From: Iphione sp. A-MEVVRFRX5
Lineage: Eukaryota
Direction of reading: 5' to 3'
DNA length: 64,000 nucleotides
NCBI GenBank assembly: GCA_976226885.1
Contig: OZ320322.1
Span: forward strand, 42,222,001-42,286,000
The notes under the pieces were generated by a model that was not told the DNA's origin, made no database searches, and saw only the letters and a list, made by a program, of their open reading frames with translations. Positions 11,745 to 20,726 of this stretch are shown here, one piece after another (position 1 is the first letter of the stretch; each line of letters begins with the position of its first letter). A program made the position numbers and the translations under genes.

Positions 11745-14700
11745 GCACCACCAGCAAGAACAACCACAACTTCTCCTCCAGCATCAGTTGCAGTGTCGTC
11801 CGATGTAGCATCTGTCCGATATGAGTCTATTCCGGGGCCAAGTCACCGACCAGTGAGTTGAATGAGCTGTTCGACTGAAATAATGATAGAAAATGTATCA
11901 ATTTCCATACGCGTGAGAGTGTGTGCATGTATGTGCGTGTGTGTGTGTGTTTGGATGCAGTCAGTTATCCTATTTTGTTCTGTCTCTCTCTCTCTCTATG
12001 TGAAAAATAAACAGCCGGAAGAAGGATTGGTGAGAGTACTTCCAAGAGAAGAAATGCAGAGTCTATATTCCCTGTCATCATCTCCCTCATCTGACGAGAT
12101 AGAAGAAGTAAGTAAAAAACCTGTGTATTTGTGTTTCCTTACCTGTTTACTGCGAGCCAGCATACTGCAATCTGTTTTTTGTCATATACTCGTCGTATGA
12201 AGTTCCTATAAGAAAACAAAGTACCATGAAGATAACTTACTTCGATTTTTTTTTTAAATACAGGTTGTAAAACAAAGGCAATGTGAGAAGTGCTTGAAGA
12301 AATTTAAGCGTCAAGGCAATGCCAGGCGACACAAAGAAAGCTGTCAGCAATACAAGTGCTCTAAGTGTACCCGGTCTTTTAAGAAAGCTTCACTTATGCG
12401 AAGGCATCTTCTAAGTCACTCACACAGATTAGAATGGCGATGTAGAAAATGTGGCGATTCGTTCGCGAATAAGCGTGAGTTGTATCTACATCGAGGAATC
12501 CAACACGGGGGCGGAGGGAATGGAACCACACTCCATGAAGAGGGTATACCCCTCCAGGTCGAACCGTGGAAGGATGGTGAGCGAGGAAAGAAGGACAAAA
12601 GTAAAAAAAGAAAAAGGGACAAGACCCCAAGCGAGAACAATCAGCATCCACCCTGGTGCAACAGGGAAGGGGAGACCATAGAGCCAGAACTGGAAAGGGT
12701 ATATAGAGCCAATCAGCGCCACATCCTGGCCCACCATACAGATAGAGAAATCACCACCGATTACAATTTCCCCACCAACGATCTGTCACGTGGTCCCCAG
12801 GAACTTCACCAATTCTTGGAGACCATTTTCGAAAGAGAAGACCATACCTTCAAGGTGAATATGTCGTTCGGTATGATATTGCGTAATGTTCAGACGGGTG
12901 AATATCGTTATTTCATCCCCTATAGTAACAGTATGGTATTTAACGAACCCATAGTGGTTTCCCGGGCAAGTGACCTGTCTGAGGTAATGGACACCATAAG
13001 GGCAGTGGACCCGGAGAATTACTTCACCCGGAACCGACCAGACACTAAGTGGCAGGTAGCCATGATAACCAATGTCGTATTTTTCATTACGCGCACCACG
13101 TATCTGATGGGTCGAGGTTTCCTTCCCGAGTTTGTGCGAAATAAACGATGTATCACTTCCTTAGATGATCATAACGATGCTCTTTGCGCCTTTAGGTGTC
13201 TCGCAGTACACCATCAAGAAAACGACGTAGAAGGAGCCGTGAAAGAGTACTATTTGTCATGGCGTCAGTTCCAATCAAGTCTAGGAAACCGCACACTACC
13301 TCCCGACCCCAGTAAATCTAGGGGTGTGGACCTGCGCGACTTGACTCTCTTTGAGGAATGTTTCCAAGTCGGCATCTATGTATACGAATTGAAGATGAAT
13401 GGAAGCATATCCGTCATTAGGAAACCTTTCTCTCGTTTTCCTGACATTATGCACCTTAACCTTCATGCAGGTCACCTCTCTTATGTCAATGACTTCGAGA
13501 CATACGCCAAGAAGTTTCAGTGCCGTCTCTGTCGACGATGTTTCGGCAAGAGACATCACTTTGCGAGGCACTCCAAAGTATGTCCCCTGAGAACACGTTA
13601 TGTGTACCGAGGGGGATACTACAACAGTCCTTCCACCATATTCGATGATCTGGAAGGACTGGGAATAGTCGTTTCCCCTGAGGAACGGACTTATGAAGAT
13701 TTCGCCGTATTTGACTGCGAGGCTATTCTCAGAAGACTCGATGGAGAAAGAGACACCCCTAGTGTGACGTGGATTCATCGACATGAGACCATCTCAGTCT
13801 CCGTGTGCAGCAACGTACCTGGTTTCACAAATCCTCAGTGTTTCCTACACGAAGACATGAAAACGCTAGTTAATCAGATGATCGAATACCTGGAATCTAT
13901 TCAGGAAGAAGCTCTAGAGAGAGCAAAACGAAAATGGGGCGACGTGGTCAGTCAACTGGAGGAACTACTGCAGGAGACAAACGACAAAATAACGAGACAG
14001 TTGGGAGATGCACCCGTTCAAGATCATGTCGTCGAAGACGACGAACTGGTCGATTTCGTCTTGCATCGTGAGGACGAAGAGAATGTCGACGATGATGCGG
14101 ATGCTGCCGGCAACGATGATGCTGCCAATGCTGCTGGTGGTGCTAACGATGATGATGATGCCGATGATGAAGATGACAGAGGTGGTCACCGCCAGGAGGG
14201 GGATCGGACCCACCCTGCCCTGAAGTATAAGAAGACGGTAGAAAAAATACAAGGTAGGTTCTATACCTACATGAGTTCGCTACCCGTCTTGGGTTTCAAT
14301 TCTGCCCGCTACGACCTGAACTTACTGAAGGGGGAACTCTTGAGAACCCTCCAGGTGGACGAACCAGGTTCATTTGTGATCAAGCGAGAGAACACGTACA
14401 TCTCCATTTCCACTGTACGCTTCAAGTTCCTGGACATATGTCAGTATCTGTCGCCTGGTGTGTCCTATGCTCGCTTTCTTAAGGCGTACGGTGCTTCTCA
14501 AGAAAAGAGTTTCTTCTGCTACGAGTACCTTGACTGCCCCGAGAAGTTGAAGGAGACAGAGCTTCCTCCACACGAGGCATTCTACTCTTGCTTGAAAGGA
14601 AGTAACATTTCCATCGCTGATTACGAAAGCCTCCAAGAAGTATGGAGGAAAGAGAACATGCAGTGTCTGGCAGACCTTCTGATTTATTATAACAACCTAG

Positions 14701-17240
14701 ACGTGCTCCCGTTCGTCGAGGCAGTGGAAAAGTTGCAGGCTTTCTATTTCCAGCGGGGTTTCGACTTGTTCAAAATATCCGTATCTGCTCCGGGCATGGC
14801 TCGACGAATGCTGTTCCAGTCTGCCTCCTCTAAGGGAACCGTGTTTCCCTTGTTCAATGGTTCTCAGGAAGATATATACAAGACCTTCAAGAGTAATCTG
14901 GTGGGTGGTCCAGCCATCGTCTTCACCAGATATCACGAGAAGGACAAGACTCTCATTCGAGATGGATTGTCACCCTGCAAGTCCATTCTGGGACTCGATG
15001 CCAACAGTCTATATCTCTCGGCCATAGCCAAAGAGATGCCGATGGGCAACTTCACACGACGAAGGCAGGAGTATGGCTTTGTGGTCGAGAAATTCTCTAC
15101 GTACCAGACCATGTTCGTGTGGTTGGAATGGGAGTCGCGAAGAAGGAAGAAAACCATTCATCACGCCAAGAACCGAGACGGAGGTGAGTTACGCATCGGA
15201 CCGTATCAGGTCGACGGATTCATGTCTCCCTCTACTGCTGGGAAAGGAAACAACCCAAGCCGTGGAACGGTATTCGAATTCAACGGTTGCTTCTTTCACG
15301 GTCATCGTTGCATGAAGGGGAAAATGAACGAACAGGACAGAAGAAAGCGACAGAAGAGAACGGAACAGAAGAAAACTTTTCTGGAGTGGATGGGCTATAG
15401 GGTAGTCACGATGACAGAGTGTTCTTTCAGAAAAATCATGGACGGCAAAGACGAATTGCAGAGCATAGCCAGAGACATTCTTCTCCCCCCGTTCTCCAGA
15501 GTTCGATATGGTAAGATAAGTGGGCAGGAAATCCTTAGAGCTGTAGAAAAAGGTGACCTTTTCGGAGCAGTCGAAGTGGACATCGAAGTTCCAGAAGCCT
15601 GGAGTGAGGGAAAAGAGAAGAGTCTCCCGCCATGGAGTTATTTCGAAGAGATGTCCCCTCTCTTTGGCAAAGCTAGCGTTCGTACCTGTGATATCGGTTC
15701 ACACATGCAAAGACACGTGGCTCAGTTCGAGTTGTCGGAACGTCCTCGTCAGCTGTTGGTAGGGGCAATGAGGGCTAAGAAAACCGTCATCGCCACCCCA
15801 CTCCTGAAATGGTACCTGGAGCACGGATTGAGGGTGACTAACGTCTACCAGGTGATCGAATTCAACTCGTCCACCTGTTTCAGTGACTTTGAACAAGAAA
15901 TCACGGCAGCCCGTAGACGAGGCGATGCCAACCCCGACATGGCAGTCATAGCAGACACCATGAAACTCCTGGGTAATTCTGCATATGGTGGCATCATCAT
16001 GCAGAAGGAGAAGCAGACTGCCATCAATTATTTCTCCGACAAGTGCGAGGCATCGTTAGCTGTTAACTCTCCTTCTTTCAGGAAGATGGTGGAGTACAAA
16101 GGATTCTACGAAATCCAAGCAGCCAAGCCCCACATCGTCCTAGACCTCCCGATCTATTTGGGTTTCTTCATCCTTCAATATGCCAAATTAACGATGTTGG
16201 GTTTCTATTACGATTGCATCGATAAACTGATCGACAGGGACCATTTCGAATACGTTACCATGGACACGGACAGTGCCTATCTAGCTCTGTCGTCCTCCAA
16301 TCTACCCGAAGCCATGTCCGAGGAGAAGAGAAAACTCTATCTGGACGAAGTGTTAGGCAATTGCAGTGATTCTGCCAAGCCCGTCTGGTTCATGCGCGAG
16401 TGCTGTCCACAGCACCAGACGTACGACAGACGGGTACCAGGCATCATGAAAGAGGAGGCTCGAGGAGAAGGGATCGTTGCCCTCAACAGCAAAACCTACA
16501 TTCTGGAGACGTCTACAGACAACTACAAGCTGAGCTGTAAAGGCATTTCCAAATCTCGTCTCGTCCAACCCATGGAAATCTACCGCTCCGTTCTCAGCAC
16601 CCAAAAGTCACGCATTGGAGTCAATATGGGTATGCGCGCCGTCGACGACACCGTCTTCACCTACAAGCAGGAAAGGACGGGATTCTCGTATTTCTATGCC
16701 AAACGAGTGGTTCACGATGATGGCATACACACCACCCCCCTCTCCATCACCCTGTGTCCGTGGAGTGACGACGTCGACAATTACGTATTCGGTGTCGGGA
16801 CAAGAGACGTACTCGGTCCGCATTACGTTTGCGATATGGGGCTAGGGTTCATCTCCTCAGAGCACATGTTCCTTTACGAATTGGCTAGATTTCACAATGC
16901 GGAAGAAGAAGCCAGAGCCATTCATCTCACTCGAGATCACACAGAAATGAGAGCCTATGCCGACTTTGTGGATCTGAGTGAAAGGTGGAGACATATCGGA
17001 AGAGAGGACACGATGAGACAAGTTCTGACACTGAAATTGAACAGGGTGCCGGAAGCGAAGAGAGAACTGGATCATGATCGACGTATAGTCTTTGCCGACT
17101 CGGATCGTTTCTGGGGGGTGGGAATGACGCCGGCTCTTGCTAAGATATCTTCACCCTCGGAATTCAGGGGAGAGAATCGTCTAGGGCAGCTGTGGGAGGA
17201 GCTTCGTGACAGAGAACGCGCGAGAGAGATGGAGTTATGA
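11174..17240 (+). CDS. polB: Protein-primed family B DNA polymerase polyprotein, spliced (about 1849 aa): disordered N-terminus, 3 zinc fingers, terminal-protein-like region, exonuclease, polymerase with VSR-like insert, C-terminal NADAR-like domain
   Basis: Predicted exons 11174-11332, 11429-11557, 11661-11852, 12015-12107 and 12264-17240, all phase 0 and in frame. Motifs FDCE (ExoI), GFNSARYD (ExoII), YNNLD (ExoIII), DANSLY (A), KLLGNSAYG (B), DTDS (C). Polymerase call is very secure; the exon model is sequence-only. Confidence 0.92.
15102..15428 (+). other. VSR/PD-(D/E)XK-like nuclease insertion within PolB
   Basis: ...IGPYQVDG...VFEFNGCFFHGH...LEWMGYRVVTMTECSF between motifs A and B matches the VSR-type pattern (DG, EFxGCxWHG/FHG, GYxVxxxWEC). 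Confidence 0.75.
16780..17220 (+). other. NADAR (YbiA/DUF1768)-like domain fused to the PolB C-terminus
   Basis: After the usual PolB end (DDGIHTTPL): FISSEHMF, W..IGREDTMRQVLTLKLNRVPEAKREL, DRFWGVG and GENRLGQLWEELR, in the order and spacing of NADAR motifs (SEH; W...M...L..K...P.L; DxxWGxG; GxNxLG..L.E.R). Confidence 0.82.
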
Positions 17241-17280
17241 TTGACGCGTGTGGGAAACGGATGTCATTGTTGCCTGAACC

Positions 17281-17916
17281 ATGACCGAGTTAAGTCTACC
17301 TTCGTTCTGCTTTCATTCGCCCAGTACCATATTCATATCTGGAGCCACTTCTACGGGGAAAACTCACTTCGTGAAGCGAATGATCAGAAACAGGAAGCAG
17401 ATGTTTCAGAAGCCACCAGATAAAACGGTGTACTGTTACGGAGCTTGGCAGGACGACTTCACTTCTCTAGAAAACGAAGAAGGAGTGGAATTCAGAGACG
17501 GGATAGACCTCGAAGACCTGACATCTTCCAATGGGGGAGAGACCCTACTCATCTTGGATGACTTGATGGACGAGGTAGTCCAAGACACTCGAGTTCAAAG
17601 GCTTTTCACCAGAGGCTCACATCACCAGGGAATCACCGTCGTATACATGAATCAGAATGCATTCTGTCAGGGAAAGTGTGCCCGCACGATTGCACTCAAC
17701 TCACAATACCTCGTGCTCTTTCGTAATCCGAGGGACGTAAGACAGATAAAACGTTTAGGTGACCAGATGGGCATGCCTGGAGTGACTGAGGCATATCGAG
17801 ATGCCACCAGTGAGCCCTACGGCTACCTGATCGTCGACCTCCATCCACACAACCACACCGACGTGAAGCTGAAGAGTCATGTCTTCCCCGGCGAGGACTT
17901 GATATGGTATAGCTAA
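17281..17916 (+). CDS. A32/FtsK-like genome-packaging ATPase (211 aa)
   Basis: Walker A GATSTGKT, Walker B LLILDD, RGSHH and RNPRD motifs typical of Polinton ATPases. Confidence 0.95.
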   Translation: MTELSLPSFCFHSPSTIFISGATSTGKTHFVKRMIRNRKQMFQKPPDKTVYCYGAWQDDFTSLENEEGVEFRDGIDLEDLTSSNGGETLLILDDLMDEVVQDTRVQRLFTRGSHHQGITVVYMNQNAFCQGKCARTIALNSQYLVLFRNPRDVRQIKRLGDQMGMPGVTEAYRDATSEPYGYLIVDLHPHNHTDVKLKSHVFPGEDLIWYS

Positions 17917-17979
17917 TAGGTGCACCACGACAGACGTCGGGCAGTGGCGACGAAGGCAACACCTCACTAGGTCATCGAC

Positions 17980-18306
17980 ATGTCCTCACCTCGTCTGCGC
18001 GACAACGGTGACTTCGTTCGACTCTTGATACACTCTCCATCGCGTAAGCAAGTGGAAGCTCTCCTGTTCACTGCCAGTCCGGCACAAGTCGAAAGTCTAA
18101 GTGAGATTGCACTGAACCTGATCACTTTACCTCTGCCAGAGTCACTAAAGAAAGAAGTGAATAAGAACAGATCAGTTCTCAAGCGCCTGGCAGATCGCTC
18201 TCTATCCACTAGAGGCAAGACAGGTACGGTGAAACGTAGTCGCAAACGACTGGCTCGCCTCTTTCTTCATCTACCTGGGGAACTGCAGCAGATGACATGG
18301 GAATGA
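17980..18306 (+). CDS. Small conserved Polinton protein (PW-like, tentative), 108 aa
   Basis: Helical basic ORF with ESLSEIALNL, resembling the small protein found next to the ATPase in animal Mavericks; recognised from memory only. Confidence 0.65.
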   Translation: MSSPRLRDNGDFVRLLIHSPSRKQVEALLFTASPAQVESLSEIALNLITLPLPESLKKEVNKNRSVLKRLADRSLSTRGKTGTVKRSRKRLARLFLHLPGELQQMTWE

Positions 18307-18496
18307 GGAAGACAGTGTGCATACCTTTCGAGCGGTATAACGCTTTCTTTTCCAAGAAGCCTCATGCATCCAGCAGCAAAACATCTCCTCCTATAGATAG
18401 AGAAGCTCATCCTCGGGTCGAAAGCGATCAATGTCTTGCACGTGAAATAAATGGTTCTGGAGAGGATTGTTTTGCAGCGGCGGAGGTGGTGGCGGA

Positions 18497-18585
<89 letters not shown>

Positions 18586-18824
18586 AACAAAGCGGGAAGG
18601 GTCTGTCACCGCGAGCGCGGGCGGGGGCGGAGACGCCGCGTTCCACGACAGCATCAGGCAAACGATCACGTTCACCCATTACGCATGTGCAGACAGAGGC
18701 CATCTCCACCTCCAGTACTCTCCCTCCACCACCGGGAAAACCGGTCAGCGGAGTAAAGAGACGGTTGTTACCTAAGAGTTCTCAGCCGGAAAGGACATGG
18801 ACCCAGGCATGGATCAATATTTGA
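18297..18824 (+). CDS. Proline-rich protein with a 29-Pro run (175 aa; start may be the ATG at 18303)
   Basis: Overlaps the upstream stop (ATGA) and the integrase start; ends in a W-rich tail (TWTQAWINI). Tight packing argues it is the coding frame. Confidence 0.65.
18504..18584. repeat. Uninterrupted (CCG)27 trinucleotide repeat
   Basis: Direct reading of the sequence. Confidence 0.95.
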
Positions 18825-19954
18825 GCAGCATCTACTTCAACCCGGCCGAACCAGAGTCCTTTGGAAGTGCCGTGAACCTTCACCGGAGAAGTAAAGCAGA
18901 CGGGAAGGAATACAAATTAAACGACATCAAGCGATGGCTGCATTCACAGGAGAACTACACTCTTTTCTACCCGTCGCGCAGAGTGGGTGGAGTCAAGAGG
19001 CCGCGAGTAATCGTTCCAGACAAACTGTACCAGCTCGATGCCGACACCGTTAACATGTCTCAATGGCGAGGTGAGAACGATTCCTTTGCCTATTTCCTCG
19101 TCTGTGTGGACATCTTCACTCGCTATGCATGGAGTCGACCCTTGAAAACGCTGACCGGGAGAGAAGTCACCTCTGCTCTCAGGAGTATCCTGCGAGAGGT
19201 CGAAGCTGAACCCATACTGGAAGGAACCGTGTCCTACACGTCTTCCCCGTCTCCCAGCGTTCGTGTATTGAGGACGGACGGAGGAAAAGAATTCAACAAC
19301 TCCTTCGCTCGTTCATTTCTCAAACAAAAGGGAATCAAACATGTCGTGACTAGGAACGAAGTCAAAGCCAACTATGCGGAACGGTTGATCAAGTCACTGA
19401 AGAGTCGTCTGGTTAAAGACATGTATCACCGTCAGAGTCATCGTTGGAAAGACAGCTTGGAAACCGTGGTTAAGGCTTACAACAACTCTCTTCACTCGTC
19501 CATAAAGATGTCACCCAGACAGGCCCTCATATCTGCAGAGAGTCCTGTCCTGTGGAGATACCAATACCTAAGAAGGCGAGAGAAAGCCAGCAATTTTAAA
19601 TTCGCAGTCGGAGATGTCGTGAGGATAGCCAGAATGAAGCATGCGTTCTCTAGGGCCTACGACGAGGCCTGGACCCACGAATTATTTATCATCACCGACC
19701 GTTCTGCTGCTCAAGGTATTCCTCAGTACTCTATAAAATCATGGGACAACGAAGAGATCGAGGGACGTTTCTACAACGAAGAACTTGTCAAAGTCCACGT
19801 GGATCAACAGACGCGTTATAAGGTGGAGAAGATCATACGTAAGAAGAGGGTCAATGGAGTAAACGGTTACGTCGTGCGATGGTTAGGTTGGCCTCCCAAG
19901 TACGACTCCTGGGTCAGCGGTTCCGATCTGAAAAACTTGGGTGGAAGAGTATAA
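18797..19954 (+). CDS. int: Retroviral-like (c-integrase) DDE integrase with C-terminal chromodomain (385 aa)
   Basis: CVDIFTRY, RTDGGKEF and AERLIKSLK supply D, D and E. C-terminal YKVEKIIRKKR...YVVRWLGWPPKYDSWV is a chromodomain. Confidence 0.96.
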   Translation: MDPGMDQYLSSIYFNPAEPESFGSAVNLHRRSKADGKEYKLNDIKRWLHSQENYTLFYPSRRVGGVKRPRVIVPDKLYQLDADTVNMSQWRGENDSFAYFLVCVDIFTRYAWSRPLKTLTGREVTSALRSILREVEAEPILEGTVSYTSSPSPSVRVLRTDGGKEFNNSFARSFLKQKGIKHVVTRNEVKANYAERLIKSLKSRLVKDMYHRQSHRWKDSLETVVKAYNNSLHSSIKMSPRQALISAESPVLWRYQYLRRREKASNFKFAVGDVVRIARMKHAFSRAYDEAWTHELFIITDRSAAQGIPQYSIKSWDNEEIEGRFYNEELVKVHVDQQTRYKVEKIIRKKRVNGVNGYVVRWLGWPPKYDSWVSGSDLKNLGGRV

Positions 19955-19992
19955 AAGCTAACCGTCACGTAGGCAGCCTCACCAGTTCACCC

Positions 19993-20385
19993 ATGTTTTA
20001 CATCCAGGCAAGACCGACGACGAATAGCAGTCTCCATCCTTACAACTCTGCGTGGGACTTCACAGTGGAATTATCTCGCCCGTTACAACTACTAGGCGAC
20101 TGGGAGTGTGCATTAGTCAACTTATACACCGAGAGTGTGGGTGGATCAGACGACGTGGTGATATGCTCCGACCTGGTGGACAGTAATAACATCTCGGACA
20201 AATTAGAACCCAGCGTCAGGATACAGAGAGGACAGGGTGGAGAATTTACGCAACTGTGGTACATTCCCTTGGTGCGTCGGCATCTGGAACGTTTTCGCGT
20301 GTATGGGCGGATACTGGGTTCGACCACTCGTAAACCTAGCATCTCCCGTGCTCTATTTCACATCAGACCAGTGACTTCGAAGTAA
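19993..20385 (+). CDS. Minor capsid (penton-like, single jelly roll) protein, about 130 aa
   Basis: FYIQ...NSS..P.N...DFTVELSRPLQLLGDWECAL and ICSDLV...P.VR...F...YIPL match Polinton penton termini. The ATG at 19993 follows TATAAAA at about 19951; the ORF-track start at 19879 overlaps int. Confidence 0.8.
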   Translation: MFYIQARPTTNSSLHPYNSAWDFTVELSRPLQLLGDWECALVNLYTESVGGSDDVVICSDLVDSNNISDKLEPSVRIQRGQGGEFTQLWYIPLVRRHLERFRVYGRILGSTTRKPSISRALFHIRPVTSK

Positions 20386-20399
20386 GTCGAAACCAGACA

Positions 20400-20726
20400 A
20401 TGGACAACGAGACGACTTGGTTTGTCCCCCACGTGCCGAAAGCGGAGGCATTCGGTAGAGTGGAGAGGAAGCGTAACCATTACATCGGAAGAGGACCGAT
20501 GACATCTGCAACGCCTATCACGTTGGTTACCCCTACCGAGCAGGCAGTGGAACGGGCAAAAGCCACTCTCGCCAAAAATCCTCCCAAAAGTCGCAAGCGA
20601 AGGAGTTTCTCGCCCAGTCGACGGAAGGGAGTCAAGAAGAAAAGACGCTCCAAGTCTGCTCCTGCAAAGAAGACGAAGAAGAAGAAGAAGAAGAACACGA
20701 AGAGTAATTATGGCGTTCGTGGTTAA
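20400..20726 (+). CDS. Basic, Lys/Arg-rich putative virion core (DNA-condensing) protein, 108 aa
   Basis: LVTPTEQAVERAKA motif followed by a highly basic tail; lies between penton and major capsid genes. Confidence 0.75.
   Translation: MDNETTWFVPHVPKAEAFGRVERKRNHYIGRGPMTSATPITLVTPTEQAVERAKATLAKNPPKSRKRRSFSPSRRKGVKKKRRSKSAPAKKTKKKKKKNTKSNYGVRG

Noticed and set aside
12294-12296. ORF-track start of PolB at 12294
   Set aside because: It is a TTG in the middle of a zinc finger; the frame is entered by a splice acceptor at 12264.
14529-14543. LxCxE (LDCPE) Rb-binding motif in PolB
   Set aside because: It lies in the conserved YEYxDxxEKLxETxLPP stretch of the folded polymerase and has no acidic disordered context; likely coincidental.
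18267-18775. Poly-Arg, poly-Ala and poly-Gly ORFs
   Set aside because: These are alternative frames of the (CCG)27 repeat; only the poly-Pro frame fits the overlapping gene chain.
19879-19992. N-terminal extension of the penton ORF
   Set aside because: It overlaps the integrase chromodomain. Penton similarity starts at the ATG at 19993, downstream of a TATA box.
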